Positions 1 to 9,418 of a DNA stretch of 47,657 nucleotides are shown piece after piece. Each line of letters opens with the position of its first letter. Within the stretch, counting starts at the first letter, position 1. Below the pieces are notes generated by a model. The model saw only the letters and a program-made list of their open reading frames with translations, searched no databases and was not told where the DNA came from. The translations under genes were made by a program, and so were the position numbers. Source of the DNA: Planctomycetaceae bacterium (lineage in GTDB: Bacteria > Planctomycetota > Planctomycetia > Pirellulales > UBA1268); NCBI GenBank assembly GCA_046086245.1, contig JBJSXB010000129.1, positions 1 through 47,657 of the forward strand, read 5' to 3'.

Positions 1-615
1 TCCAAGGATGGCGTGAAACTCCTCGACCGGTCGCTGCTTGTCGATCCGTCGGGCAAGGGATTGGCCAATGTCGTCGTCTTCGTGCGGAAGGCCAGCCGGG
101 TGAAGGAGGTAACTCCCTCGTCGACGCCGGTGGTGTTCGACCAGAAAAATTGCGAGTTTCTCGCGCCCGTCATCGCGGCCCGGGTCGGACAGCCTCTCGA
201 CGTGCGGAACAGCGACCCGATCGGACACAACACGAACGTCGCAGGTTCGGACTTCAACCAACTCATCCCTGCCGGCGGCAACACGCTCTACGTCCCCAAG
301 GCGGAGACAGGGCTGCCGACGATGGTGACGTGCAACGTCCACCCGTGGATGAAGGCCTACATGGTGTTTCGCAAGGACGGCTACGTTGCCGTCTCCGCGG
401 CCGACGGCACCTTTACCATTCCCGACCTGCCCGCCGGAGAGATCCTCGAGTTCCAGGTGTGGCACGAGCGGTCGATCGGCGCGAACAACGCCCTCGGCCT
501 CGACAGGCCCGACCTCAAATGGACTCCCAAGGGACGGTTCCAGATCAAGCTCGAGGAAAACGAAATCAAGGATCTCGGCACGCTCGAAGTACCCGCATCA
601 GCCATCGGAATTTGA
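1..615 (+). CDS. 5'-partial cupredoxin-like / carboxypeptidase-regulatory-like domain protein
   Basis: The frame is open from base 1. Motifs are DQKNCEF, N-x-D-P-x-x-H-N (NSDPIGHN) and C-x2-H-P-W-M (CNVHPWM), followed by a 'DGTFTIPDLPAG...VWHE' beta-sandwich segment. Confidence 0.7.
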   Translation, partial: SKDGVKLLDRSLLVDPSGKGLANVVVFVRKASRVKEVTPSSTPVVFDQKNCEFLAPVIAARVGQPLDVRNSDPIGHNTNVAGSDFNQLIPAGGNTLYVPKAETGLPTMVTCNVHPWMKAYMVFRKDGYVAVSAADGTFTIPDLPAGEILEFQVWHERSIGANNALGLDRPDLKWTPKGRFQIKLEENEIKDLGTLEVPASAIGI

Positions 616-628
616 CGAACCTCCTTCC

Positions 629-1963
629 ATGATCGCTCCAACGCATCGTTCTTCCGGCGTCTCACGCGGCACCGCTGCCAGTTCGTCTGCGGGAGCGGGT
701 GTCTCGGTATCGCGGCCTGCCGTGGGTCTGTCGACGCTCACGCTCGGGCTGTTTGCTGCCGCCGCGATCACAATGGCGGGGTGCGGTGCCCCACCGGCGA
801 CGTTTCGGGCAAACCTCGTCGAATCGACGAAGCAAAAGCTCACCCCCGACCAGGAGAGCCAGGTCGCGACGGTGATGCTGGCCTTGTTCGGCACCCCCGA
901 TGACCCGGTCGCTCTGCCGGAAACCGGCCTCGACCAGGCCAAGCTCACGCTCGCGGCCGGACCGGTCCATAGCGACATCGTCGGCCGAAAGAACGGTCTG
1001 TACCGCGAGCACTGCGCCCACTGTCACGGGATCACCGGCGATGGTCTCGGGCCGACCGCGGCATTTCTCAATCCTTACCCGCGTGACTATCGCCCCGGTG
1101 TGTTCAAGTTCAAGAGCACCGAACGGGCAGACAAGCCGACGCGTGACGATCTGGTGCGCCTGCTGCACAACGGCGTCCCAGGCACGTCGATGCCGTCGTT
1201 CGCCCTGCTCAGTGAGACGCAGATCGACGCCTTGGTCGAGTACGTCAAATACCTCTCGATCCGCGGCGAGACCGAGCTGGCACTCGCTCGGGCATTTTTC
1301 GAACTCGATGACGAGGCCGAAGGAAAGCTGCCGCAGACACGGGAATTCCTCGTCGACGAGACGCTTGCTCCCGTCGCTGACAAGTGGCGGGCAGCCGACG
1401 AGGCGCGGATTCCGGTTCCCGCGATGCCGGCCGACATCGACATGGCCGCGTCGATCGCCAAGGGCAAGGAGCTGTTCTACGGCGACAAGGCGAACTGCGT
1501 GAAATGCCACGGCGTTACCGGTCTCGGCGACGGCCAGGCCAACGACTACGACGACTGGAACAAGAACATCGTCGAGATCACCAAGGAGATCGACGGCACC
1601 GCCGAACGGGCCCGCGAGGCGAAGACGTCCGGCATGTCGAAGGACGAGCTCGCCGAGCACCGGGCCAACATCGCCTGGGTGAACCGGTTCCACGGAGTCC
1701 TCGACGGCGACGCCCTGCGGCCGCGCACGATCCCGCCGCGGAACCTGCGGCAGGGGATCTACCGGGGCGGTCGGCGACCGCTCGATCTCTATTACCGCAT
1801 TCACGCCGGCATCAACGGTGCACCGATGCCCGCGGCCAAGGGGACCGTGCCGCCCGAGGATATCTGGCACATCGTCAACTACGTGCGTTCGCTCCCCTAC
1901 GGGTTCGACGGAGAACTGGGAGCCGACAACGTCAGGGCGGCGATGCCGCGCGACCGGTTCTGA
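629..1963 (+). CDS. Diheme c-type cytochrome, probably a lipoprotein or membrane-anchored; candidate electron donor to the oxidase
   Basis: Two CxxCH motifs (CAHCH, CVKCH), each followed by P-x-P-R-D/N and G-x-x-G-x-x-M-P axial-Met segments. A hydrophobic stretch ends in MAGC (lipobox-like). Start chosen at ATG 629, just after the upstream stop. Confidence 0.88.
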   Translation: MIAPTHRSSGVSRGTAASSSAGAGVSVSRPAVGLSTLTLGLFAAAAITMAGCGAPPATFRANLVESTKQKLTPDQESQVATVMLALFGTPDDPVALPETGLDQAKLTLAAGPVHSDIVGRKNGLYREHCAHCHGITGDGLGPTAAFLNPYPRDYRPGVFKFKSTERADKPTRDDLVRLLHNGVPGTSMPSFALLSETQIDALVEYVKYLSIRGETELALARAFFELDDEAEGKLPQTREFLVDETLAPVADKWRAADEARIPVPAMPADIDMAASIAKGKELFYGDKANCVKCHGVTGLGDGQANDYDDWNKNIVEITKEIDGTAERAREAKTSGMSKDELAEHRANIAWVNRFHGVLDGDALRPRTIPPRNLRQGIYRGGRRPLDLYYRIHAGINGAPMPAAKGTVPPEDIWHIVNYVRSLPYGFDGELGADNVRAAMPRDRF

Positions 1964-2008
1964 GCAGTCGCTCGGCGCCGTCCGGTGGTGCCGGTGTCGT
2001 CGACCCCA

Positions 2009-2040
2009 TGTCGTGAAGGTGTCGTGAAGGTGTCGTGAAG
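2009..2040. repeat. Three tandem 11-bp direct repeats (TGTCGTGAAGG) upstream of coxB
   Basis: TGTCGTGAAGG TGTCGTGAAGG TGTCGTGAAG is read directly, followed by a degenerate TCAGTGAACG. Confidence 0.9.
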
Positions 2041-2071
2041 TCAGTGAACGATCGGTGAGGAGGAGGGAAGC

Positions 2072-2866
2072 GTGGGCAATCGACTGGCCGGGATTTTCTG
2101 GAGTTTGGTATTCCTCGCCGTCCCGGTGCTCGGCGTTGCAACGTTCATCGTCGGTCCGCTGTACGACATCTGGCTGCCCAAAGACGTCTCCGTCCACGGC
2201 CGGTCGATCGACTCCCTGTTCTATTTCATCCTCGTCCTCACCGGCGTGGTGTTCGTCGTCACCGAGGTGTTGCTGTTCTGGTTCCTGTGGAAGTACGACG
2301 CCGCCCGGCCGAATCCAGTGGCTGCGTTCATCCACGGCAGTCACACCCTCGAGGTCGTGTGGACGATCATCCCGGCGGCGACGTTGCTGTTTCTCTCGAT
2401 CTACCAGATGAACACCTGGGCCGACGTGAAGATGCGCCGCCCGCGGATTCCACCCACCGTCGAGGTCGTCGCCCGGCAATTCGAATGGCGGCTGCGCTAT
2501 CCGGGGCGCGACGGCGAGCTCGGCACTCCCGACGACCTGTTCTTGGTCAACGACATGCACGTGCCGGTCGACGAAGAAGTGCTGGTGCAGCTCAAGAGCA
2601 TGGACGTGCTGCACAGCTTCTTCCTCCCGAACCTGCGGATCAAGCAGGACGCGGTGCCCGGAATGAAGACACCGGTGTGGTTCAAGGCCACCGAGGTCGG
2701 GCAGTACGACATCGTCTGCGCCGAGCTCTGTGGCTGGGGGCACTACAAGATGAAGGGCCGGATCACCGTCGATACCCGCGAAGACTACGAGCGGTGGCTC
2801 GAGGAGATCGAGGCCCGTCAGGAAGCCACGCAGCCCGATCCGGTCGCCGAGGTGGCGGCCCAATGA
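2072..2866 (+). CDS. coxB: Cytochrome c oxidase subunit II
   Basis: LEVVWTIIP helix, QFEW, DVLHSF and the CuA motif CAELCGWGHYKM. GTG start preceded by an AGGAGG RBS. No fused C-terminal cytochrome c. Confidence 0.96.
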   Translation: MGNRLAGIFWSLVFLAVPVLGVATFIVGPLYDIWLPKDVSVHGRSIDSLFYFILVLTGVVFVVTEVLLFWFLWKYDAARPNPVAAFIHGSHTLEVVWTIIPAATLLFLSIYQMNTWADVKMRRPRIPPTVEVVARQFEWRLRYPGRDGELGTPDDLFLVNDMHVPVDEEVLVQLKSMDVLHSFFLPNLRIKQDAVPGMKTPVWFKATEVGQYDIVCAELCGWGHYKMKGRITVDTREDYERWLEEIEARQEATQPDPVAEVAAQ

Positions 2867-2976
2867 CGCTCGCCGGTCCACGGCAGATTCACGCCGCGGG
2901 CCGCGAGCACCGTTTCAGCAGCTGACTTTCGTTTCACTTTCCCAGCCCGCGTCGTGATCGTTCCGGAGGCCTTTGC

Positions 2977-4818
2977 ATGAGCACCGTCCACTCCCCGAGC
3001 ACGGGCACCGCCGTCAGTCCGGCGGATCACGGTCACGCCGTCGCGGTCGGTGGCCGGGCGCCGCGCTCGTCCCGGCAGGTCGCGGAGTTCCTCTCGACCT
3101 ACGTGTTCTCCAAGGACCACAAGGTCATCGGGCTGCAATTCCTGTTCTCGACGCTGCTGTGGTTCCTCATCGGCGGGCTGCTGGCCCTCGCGGTCCGCTG
3201 GCAGATCGCCTGGCCGTGGTCGCAGGTCCCGGTGCTCGGCAAATTGTTCGCGCAGGAGGGCGGCCAGATGGCGCCCGAGTTCTACACGATGCTGTTCACC
3301 ATGCATGCCACGGTGATGATCTTCCTGGTGATCATCCCGATCCTCGCGGGGGCGTTCGGCAACTTTCTCATCCCGCTGATGATCGGTGCGGACGACATGG
3401 CGTTTCCCACGCTCAACATGTTGTCGTACTGGTTCATGTGGCCGGCGTTCTTCTGCTTCGGCGCCAGTTTCTTCGTCGAGGGGGGGCCGGCGTCGGGCGG
3501 TTGGACGAGCTACCCGCCGCTGTCGACCAACGTCGCCGCCAGTCCCGGCAGCGGTATGGGGCAGACGCTGTGGCTGTTGGGCCTGACCTTCGTCGGCGTG
3601 TCGAGCATGCTCGGCAGTGTCAACTACATGACGACGATCATCCTGATGCGCGCACCCGGCATGACGATGTTCCGCCTGCCGATGACGATCTGGGCGATGT
3701 TCATCACCGCGGTCCTGCAGGCCTTCGCCCTGCCGGTGTTGACCGCCGCCGGTTTCATGCAGCTCTCCGACAGGATGTTGGGTACCGGGTTTTTCAATCC
3801 CGAGGGCAACGTCGTCAACAACCTCCTGACGAGCACCGGCGGTGGCCACCCGATCCTCTGGCAGCACCTGTTTTGGTTCTACAGCCATCCGGCGGTCTAC
3901 ATCATGATCCTGCCGGCGATGGGGATGGTCAGCGATATCCTCACCGTGTTCGCCCGCAAACCGCTGTTCGGGTACCGGCCGATGGTCTACTCGGTGGCCG
4001 GGATCGCCGGCCTCGGGTTCATCGTCTGGGGGCACCACATGTTCGTGTCCGGGATGAACCCGGCGCTCGGCATCACGTTCATGGTGTCGACGATGATGAT
4101 CGCGCTGCCCAGCGCCGTGAAAACCTTCAACTGGCTCGGGACGCTGTGGGGCGGACGGATTCAGTTCACGACGGCGATGCTCTTCGCGGTGTCGTTCGTG
4201 TCGATGTTCATCATCGGCGGTCTGTCGGGCATCTTCATGGCGGCGACGCCGGTCGACATCTTCATCCACGACACCTACTTCATCGTCGCCCACTTCCACT
4301 ACGTGTTGTTCGCGGGCACGGCGATGGGAGTCTGGGCGGCCATCTATTACTGGTTTCCGAAGATGTTCGGCCGGATGATGAACGAGTTCTGGGGCAAGGT
4401 GCATTTCTTCCTCACCTTTTTGTTCCTCAACGGCACGTTCTTCACGATGCACATCCTCGGAGCGGTGGGGTTTCCACGTCGACTCGCCGACGCCTACCAC
4501 TACGAGACGTTCCACCACCTGCAGCCGCTCAACGCGTTCATGACGTGGTGTGCGATCGGCATGGTGGCCACGCAGATCATCTTCGCCGCCAACTTCGTGT
4601 GGAGCATGTTCTACGGACCGGTCGCCGGCCGGAATCCCTGGAATGCCAACACCCTCGAGTGGACCGCGCCGAGTCCCCCGGGGCATGGCAACTTCGACTA
4701 CCAACCTGTCGTCCATCGCGGCCCCTACGAGTATTCCGTGCCGGGGGCTGCCAAGGATCATCTCATGCAGACTGATCCTCCCGACGCGCACGCCGCGGCG
4801 CTCGCGGCCGCCCACTGA
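2977..4818 (+). CDS. coxA: Cytochrome c oxidase subunit I (heme-copper oxidase, A2 type)
   Basis: DHKVIG, TMHA, DMAFP, GWTSYPPL, WFYSHPAVY, WGHHM and AHFHYV motifs; GGAGG RBS. Confidence 0.97.
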   Translation: MSTVHSPSTGTAVSPADHGHAVAVGGRAPRSSRQVAEFLSTYVFSKDHKVIGLQFLFSTLLWFLIGGLLALAVRWQIAWPWSQVPVLGKLFAQEGGQMAPEFYTMLFTMHATVMIFLVIIPILAGAFGNFLIPLMIGADDMAFPTLNMLSYWFMWPAFFCFGASFFVEGGPASGGWTSYPPLSTNVAASPGSGMGQTLWLLGLTFVGVSSMLGSVNYMTTIILMRAPGMTMFRLPMTIWAMFITAVLQAFALPVLTAAGFMQLSDRMLGTGFFNPEGNVVNNLLTSTGGGHPILWQHLFWFYSHPAVYIMILPAMGMVSDILTVFARKPLFGYRPMVYSVAGIAGLGFIVWGHHMFVSGMNPALGITFMVSTMMIALPSAVKTFNWLGTLWGGRIQFTTAMLFAVSFVSMFIIGGLSGIFMAATPVDIFIHDTYFIVAHFHYVLFAGTAMGVWAAIYYWFPKMFGRMMNEFWGKVHFFLTFLFLNGTFFTMHILGAVGFPRRLADAYHYETFHHLQPLNAFMTWCAIGMVATQIIFAANFVWSMFYGPVAGRNPWNANTLEWTAPSPPGHGNFDYQPVVHRGPYEYSVPGAAKDHLMQTDPPDAHAAALAAAH

Positions 4819-4876
4819 CATCCCGGCGAACGCCGCCCGGTGCGGCGTCCTCCCCGGCGAGCGACCTCCACAGCGC

Positions 4877-5893
4877 ATGCCCGAACAATCATCACCGCCG
4901 TTCCTCGCGCTCGTCGTCTCCTCGCTTCTGGTGGCGATGACGGCGGTCCTGCTTTGCTTCGGGGCGTTGGTGACGACGTACGATGCGGCGATGGCGGTCC
5001 CCGACTGGCCTGCCACCTACGGCCACAACATGTTTCTCTTCCCGCTCGCCGAGTGGCTCGGCGGGCCTTGGGATCTGTTTCTGGAGCACGGGCATCGGTT
5101 GCTGGGCGCCGCGGTGGGGCTGCTGACACTGATCCTCGCCGGCCTCGTGTGGACGACGGCGAGCACCCCGCAGGTGCGCGGGTTGGCGGTCGCGGCGACG
5201 TTGTTGGTGGTGGTACAGGGGTTACTCGGCGGGATGCGCGTGCTGCTCGACGACAAAACGATCGCCAAGGTGCACGCCTGCACGGGCCCGCTGTTTTTCG
5301 CCGTGGCCACCGCCATCATGACGCTGCTGGTCCGGCAGCGGCCGTCACGGCAGCGACCGTTCGAAGAGCGTCTGTACGAGCAGGTGCCGGTTCGACCGAC
5401 CTGGTCGAGCGGCGGTTTCGTGCCGCCGGCACTCGTGGTCGCTTCGTACCTCCAACTCGTCGCCGGCGCCCAGTTGCGGCATCTCGACGCCGCGCTCACG
5501 CCGGGTGATTTCCGTTGGCTGGTCGCGATCCATCTGCTCGGTGCCGCCGCCGTCACGCTGTTCGCGTTCCTGGCAGTCGTCTCCTGGCAGCCTCACGATC
5601 CTCCGTGGGCGCGACGTTGGGCGCGGTTGATCGCGGGCGTGGTCATCGGCCAACTGCTGCTCGGATGCGGCGCATGGTTGGTCAACTACGGCGTTCCCGC
5701 GGGGTGGCTGCAGGATGCCTGGACCCCCTCCACGCCGCTGGTCGCGAGGAGCGTGCGCGGGGCCCTGGTGGTGACCGGCCACACGGTGCTGGGCATGCTC
5801 ATCCTCGGGTCGTCGGTGGTGCTGATGCTCGTCTGGGGCGGCGGTCCGACCCTGGCGCGGTCCGCACGGCGCTGGCGGGAGGCCTCCGCATGA
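4877..5893 (+). CDS. ctaA: Heme A synthase (COX15/CtaA family)
   Basis: PDWP, EHGHR, QGLLGG-x-RV and further His-bearing helices (KVHA, AIHL, TGHT); about 8 TM segments; located in the cox operon. Confidence 0.88.
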   Translation: MPEQSSPPFLALVVSSLLVAMTAVLLCFGALVTTYDAAMAVPDWPATYGHNMFLFPLAEWLGGPWDLFLEHGHRLLGAAVGLLTLILAGLVWTTASTPQVRGLAVAATLLVVVQGLLGGMRVLLDDKTIAKVHACTGPLFFAVATAIMTLLVRQRPSRQRPFEERLYEQVPVRPTWSSGGFVPPALVVASYLQLVAGAQLRHLDAALTPGDFRWLVAIHLLGAAAVTLFAFLAVVSWQPHDPPWARRWARLIAGVVIGQLLLGCGAWLVNYGVPAGWLQDAWTPSTPLVARSVRGALVVTGHTVLGMLILGSSVVLMLVWGGGPTLARSARRWREASA

Positions 5894-6891
5894 GCGCGAC
5901 TCGCAAGCACACGCGCCCGTCGGTGGCGGCGATCACGCTGCCGGCTCACGTCGATCCGACCGACGTCACCGGCCTGTCGGCGGTCGATCCGATCTCCCCC
6001 GTGCGCGCCGCCCTCGCAGACGTCGGCCTGCTTGTGCGGCCGCGAATCACGGTGATGGTGCTGGCCACCGTGGTCACCGCCGCCTGGCTCACGGCGGGGC
6101 GGTCGATCGATCCGGTCCCGCTGCTCGCGTTGCTCGTGGGGACGGCACTCGTCGCCGCGAGTTCCAGCGTCGCCAACCAAATCCTCGAACGGCACTCCGA
6201 TCGACTCATGCCGCGCACGGCGGGCCGGCCGCTCGCCGCGGGTCGGATCGACCCCGGCGTCGCCTGGTGGATGGCCGCCGGCTTGGGCCTCGGGGGTTTC
6301 GTCCTCGCCGCGGCCGGAGGAGGGGTGCTCGCCGCGGCGACAGCCGCCGTGACGTGGCTGCTGTACGTCGCGGTCTACACGCCACTCAAACGTCGCTCGC
6401 CGCTCAATACCGCCGTAGGCGCGGTACCGGGTGCGTTGCCGGTGGCGATCGGCTGGTTCGCGGCCGACGGTCCGGCCCGGTTCGCCGCCGGTGACGCCGC
6501 CGGCACGATCGCGACGGGAGCCCTGGGAGCTGTCCTCTATCTCTGGCAGTTCCCGCATTTCATGGCAATCGCCTGGCTCTACCGGCGTCATTACGAGCAT
6601 GCCGGCATGCGGATGCTCACGGTGACCGATCCCACCGGTGCGCGGGCCGGCATCCATGCCGTGGTTGCGGCGCTGGCGATGGTGCCAGCGAGCCTGTTGC
6701 TCGCCGTTCCCTCGGCCCGGTGGCCGCTGTTCATCGTCTCGGCGACACTGGCGTCGATCTACCTCGCGGCGGCGATCCGTTTCGCGGCCCGTCGCGACGA
6801 CCGGTCAGCCCGCGCGCTGTTGCTGGTCTCGCTCGCCGTGCTCCTCGGTCTTCTCGTGGCCGCGCTGGGAGGCGGCCCGCCGCCCAGCTGA
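5890..6891 (+). CDS. ctaB: Protoheme IX farnesyltransferase (heme O synthase)
   Basis: [15 protein letters not shown]-x-x-[17 protein letters not shown] and WQFPHF motifs; ATGA overlap with ctaA. Confidence 0.93.
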   Translation: MSATRKHTRPSVAAITLPAHVDPTDVTGLSAVDPISPVRAALADVGLLVRPRITVMVLATVVTAAWLTAGRSIDPVPLLALLVGTALVAASSSVANQILERHSDRLMPRTAGRPLAAGRIDPGVAWWMAAGLGLGGFVLAAAGGGVLAAATAAVTWLLYVAVYTPLKRRSPLNTAVGAVPGALPVAIGWFAADGPARFAAGDAAGTIATGALGAVLYLWQFPHFMAIAWLYRRHYEHAGMRMLTVTDPTGARAGIHAVVAALAMVPASLLLAVPSARWPLFIVSATLASIYLAAAIRFAARRDDRSARALLLVSLAVLLGLLVAALGGGPPPS

Positions 6892-6955
6892 GCCGATCCT
6901 TGTCCTTGTTTCGATCTTCGCCGACGCTTCGACCCGATACCGACTGGATCACGCC

Positions 6956-8002
6956 ATGACCGCTCCAGCGATCAGCCTGCCGCACGGTGGCGGCCACGAC
7001 GACCACGCCCACGATGGCCACGTGCACCTCCAGTACCAGCCCGGTTTGCCGCTGTCGCGGGGCAAACTGATCATGTGGCTGTTTTTGTCGACGGAGATCA
7101 TGTTCTTCGCCGCCCTGCTGGGCAGCTACGTGGTACTCCGCTTCGGTGCGCCGTCGTGGCCGCTGCCGCACCACGTCCACCTCAGCGAGCCGATCGGCGC
7201 CTTCAACACCTTCGTGCTCATCTGCTCCAGCGTGACGATCGTGCTGGCGCTGGAGGCGGCCCGCGCCGACAAGGCGGTGCAGGCGAAGACGTGGATGCTG
7301 CTCACACTGCTGCTGGGCTCGTTGTTTCTCGGGGTGAAGGGATACGAGTACGCCGCGAAATTCTCCCACGGGATCTACCCCGCCCGGCCCCACGGCCAGA
7401 TCTACGAGCGGCCTGACCTCTACTACGGCTCGGCCGTTCGGGCCCGGCTGGATGAACTGCGGAAAGTGCCCGTCGGTCGCGTTCCCGCCCTGCTTCGCGA
7501 TCCGACCGCCGACGGCGCCGCCAAGCCGGGTGACACCGTCGACGTCCTGAAGCGACTCGATGATCTGCCCGACGCCAAACTTTCGCCCGACCAACAGACC
7601 GCGCGGGCGCGGCTCCGGCAGATCCACACGCTGGTGAAAAGGCCCGACCAGCAGGCGTTCGACATGGCGGTTGTGGCCGACCAGGTAATGCCATTGGCTT
7701 CGGCGGGGAGCGATCACGGTGGCGATCACGGCGGCGGCCACGGCACCCACGGCATCAATGACGCGTTCACGTGGCTCCGCCTCCCCACGGTGATCCCCGG
7801 CGGCAATCTCTGGGCGAGCACCTACTTCCTGCTCACCGGCTTCCACGCCATCCACGTCGCCGTGGGGTTGCTCGTGTTCGGGATCATGCTCACCTGGCGG
7901 CTCGACTCCGCCCGCGCCGGCGCGATCGAGAACGCCGGTTTGTATTGGCACTTCGTCGATCTGGTGTGGATCTTCCTGTTCCCGCTCCTGTACCTGTTTT
8001 GA
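6956..8002 (+). CDS. coxC: Cytochrome c oxidase subunit III with a large soluble insertion
   Basis: [13 protein letters not shown]-x-x-L-x-x-SS, TGFHAIHV and YWHFVDLVW motifs, with a ~140-aa hydrophilic insert between the TM blocks. Confidence 0.93.
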   Translation: MTAPAISLPHGGGHDDHAHDGHVHLQYQPGLPLSRGKLIMWLFLSTEIMFFAALLGSYVVLRFGAPSWPLPHHVHLSEPIGAFNTFVLICSSVTIVLALEAARADKAVQAKTWMLLTLLLGSLFLGVKGYEYAAKFSHGIYPARPHGQIYERPDLYYGSAVRARLDELRKVPVGRVPALLRDPTADGAAKPGDTVDVLKRLDDLPDAKLSPDQQTARARLRQIHTLVKRPDQQAFDMAVVADQVMPLASAGSDHGGDHGGGHGTHGINDAFTWLRLPTVIPGGNLWASTYFLLTGFHAIHVAVGLLVFGIMLTWRLDSARAGAIENAGLYWHFVDLVWIFLFPLLYLF

Positions 8003-8090
8003 CGCGGGCACGAGCCCGTGCGTTCCTCGTCGTCGCGTCCCACGCGACTTCCCCGCGTCGTTCGCCGTCTTCCGTGCATCCGAGGTTCCG

Positions 8091-8633
8091 ATGTCCGACC
8101 ATCACGATCATCCGTCCGATCACGGACCCATCACCCGTGCCGGCGAACTGCCCGCGGCCGGCGACGATTCCCCCGGCACGCCGCACACCCACACCGGCGG
8201 CACGCACGGCCATGCCACCGGCCACCACGACCATGGCGGCATCGGCAAGTACCTGGCGGTGTTCGCCGCGCTGTGCGGACTGACCACGATGTCGTTCTTC
8301 ACCTACTCGTCGCTATGGCCGTGGCGCGACCAACCGCAGGTCGGCTGGGCGTTCATGATGGCGGTATCCTGCACCAAGGCACTGCTTGTGGTGCTGTTCT
8401 TCATGCACGTGCTCTGGGAGGCGAATTGGAAGTACGTGCTCACGATCCCCGCGGCGATGATGGCGATCTTCCTGGCGTTGATGCTCGTGCCGGACGTCGG
8501 GATGCGGACGCGGATGGTGGCCCAGGAGCGTGCGCTGTACATGGCGCGACCCTCCGACGTCCGCTTGATGGAGGAAGCCCGATCGAGCGACCCGTTGTCC
8601 GATCCCGGAGCGGCGAGTCCATCGCCGTTTTGA
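8091..8633 (+). CDS. coxD: Cytochrome c oxidase subunit IV family protein with a His-rich N-terminus
   Basis: YLAVFAALCGLT and KALLVVLFFMH signature, 3 TM segments, directly after coxC. Confidence 0.85.
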   Translation: MSDHHDHPSDHGPITRAGELPAAGDDSPGTPHTHTGGTHGHATGHHDHGGIGKYLAVFAALCGLTTMSFFTYSSLWPWRDQPQVGWAFMMAVSCTKALLVVLFFMHVLWEANWKYVLTIPAAMMAIFLALMLVPDVGMRTRMVAQERALYMARPSDVRLMEEARSSDPLSDPGAASPSPF

Positions 8634-8710
8634 GTCGCCCGCGTCGGGACGACACCCCCGGGCTTTTCGTCGTGACCGCCGAGCCCGACCGACCGCCGCG
8701 GGAGCCACCG

Positions 8711-9418
8711 ATGCCGGCGCCACCTCGTTCGACCGTTTCCCAGGCGCTGGCGCTCGTCGGCGGCAGGCTACGGCGTGACCGCCACGCATCGGTGGGATCG
8801 CCGATGCGGTCCGCCGTCGCCCTCGGCATGCTCGCGCTGGGCGGCGCCGGCTGTGGCGGACACCGTGACGCCGCCGCTCCCGCGTCGCCATCGGCACCGC
8901 CACCGGCACCGGCGGTCGTCGAACCGGGGGACCCTGCCGCCCCGTTCACGCTCACGGATCAAAATGGTGCGACCTTCGATTCCGCGTCGTTGCGCGGACG
9001 TGTCTGGGTCGCCAGCATCTTTTTCTCCAACTGTCCCGGCCCCTGTTTCCGGGAGAATCAGGCGATCGCCGACATCCTCCGGGAGGTCGCCGATCCGGAT
9101 CTCGTCGCGGTCAGCCTGACGTGCGACCCCGACAACGACACCCCCGACGTGCTGCGCCGGTACGCGGAGCGGTTCGACGCCGATCCGTCCCGCTGGAAAT
9201 TCCTCACCGGCGACATGGACACGATCCGAGCGGTCGCCAACAAGACATTGTTCCTGCCGGCGGAAGTGGGTGTCCATTCGGAACGGGGAGTCGTGTTCGA
9301 TCGGCGGGGACGCCTGCGGGGCAGCTACCACCTGCTCCAGCCCGACCGGGTAGCGTTGCTGATGAAACTCGTTCGTGAGGTGCTCGCGGAACCGGCTGAT
9401 GCGGAGGCCATTCCATGA
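8711..9418 (+). CDS. SCO1/SenC-family copper chaperone, lipoprotein-like
   Basis: FTLTDQNG, FFSNCPGPC (CxxxC), DP-x-x-DTP, WKFLTG and distal H-S. The start is uncertain (8711 or 8804). Confidence 0.9.
   Translation: MPAPPRSTVSQALALVGGRLRRDRHASVGSPMRSAVALGMLALGGAGCGGHRDAAAPASPSAPPPAPAVVEPGDPAAPFTLTDQNGATFDSASLRGRVWVASIFFSNCPGPCFRENQAIADILREVADPDLVAVSLTCDPDNDTPDVLRRYAERFDADPSRWKFLTGDMDTIRAVANKTLFLPAEVGVHSERGVVFDRRGRLRGSYHLLQPDRVALLMKLVREVLAEPADAEAIP

Noticed and set aside
2009-2050. Short repeats considered as a CRISPR array
   Set aside because: The units are 11 bp and directly adjacent with no spacers, and no cas genes are in the window.
662-5016. Very long minus-strand ORFs (662-2881, 2818-5016) and similar ones elsewhere (17593-19983, 37139-40024, 42399-44492)
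   Set aside because: These are antisense shadows of well-supported genes. High GC and codon bias suppress stops, and the translations have no recognisable motifs.
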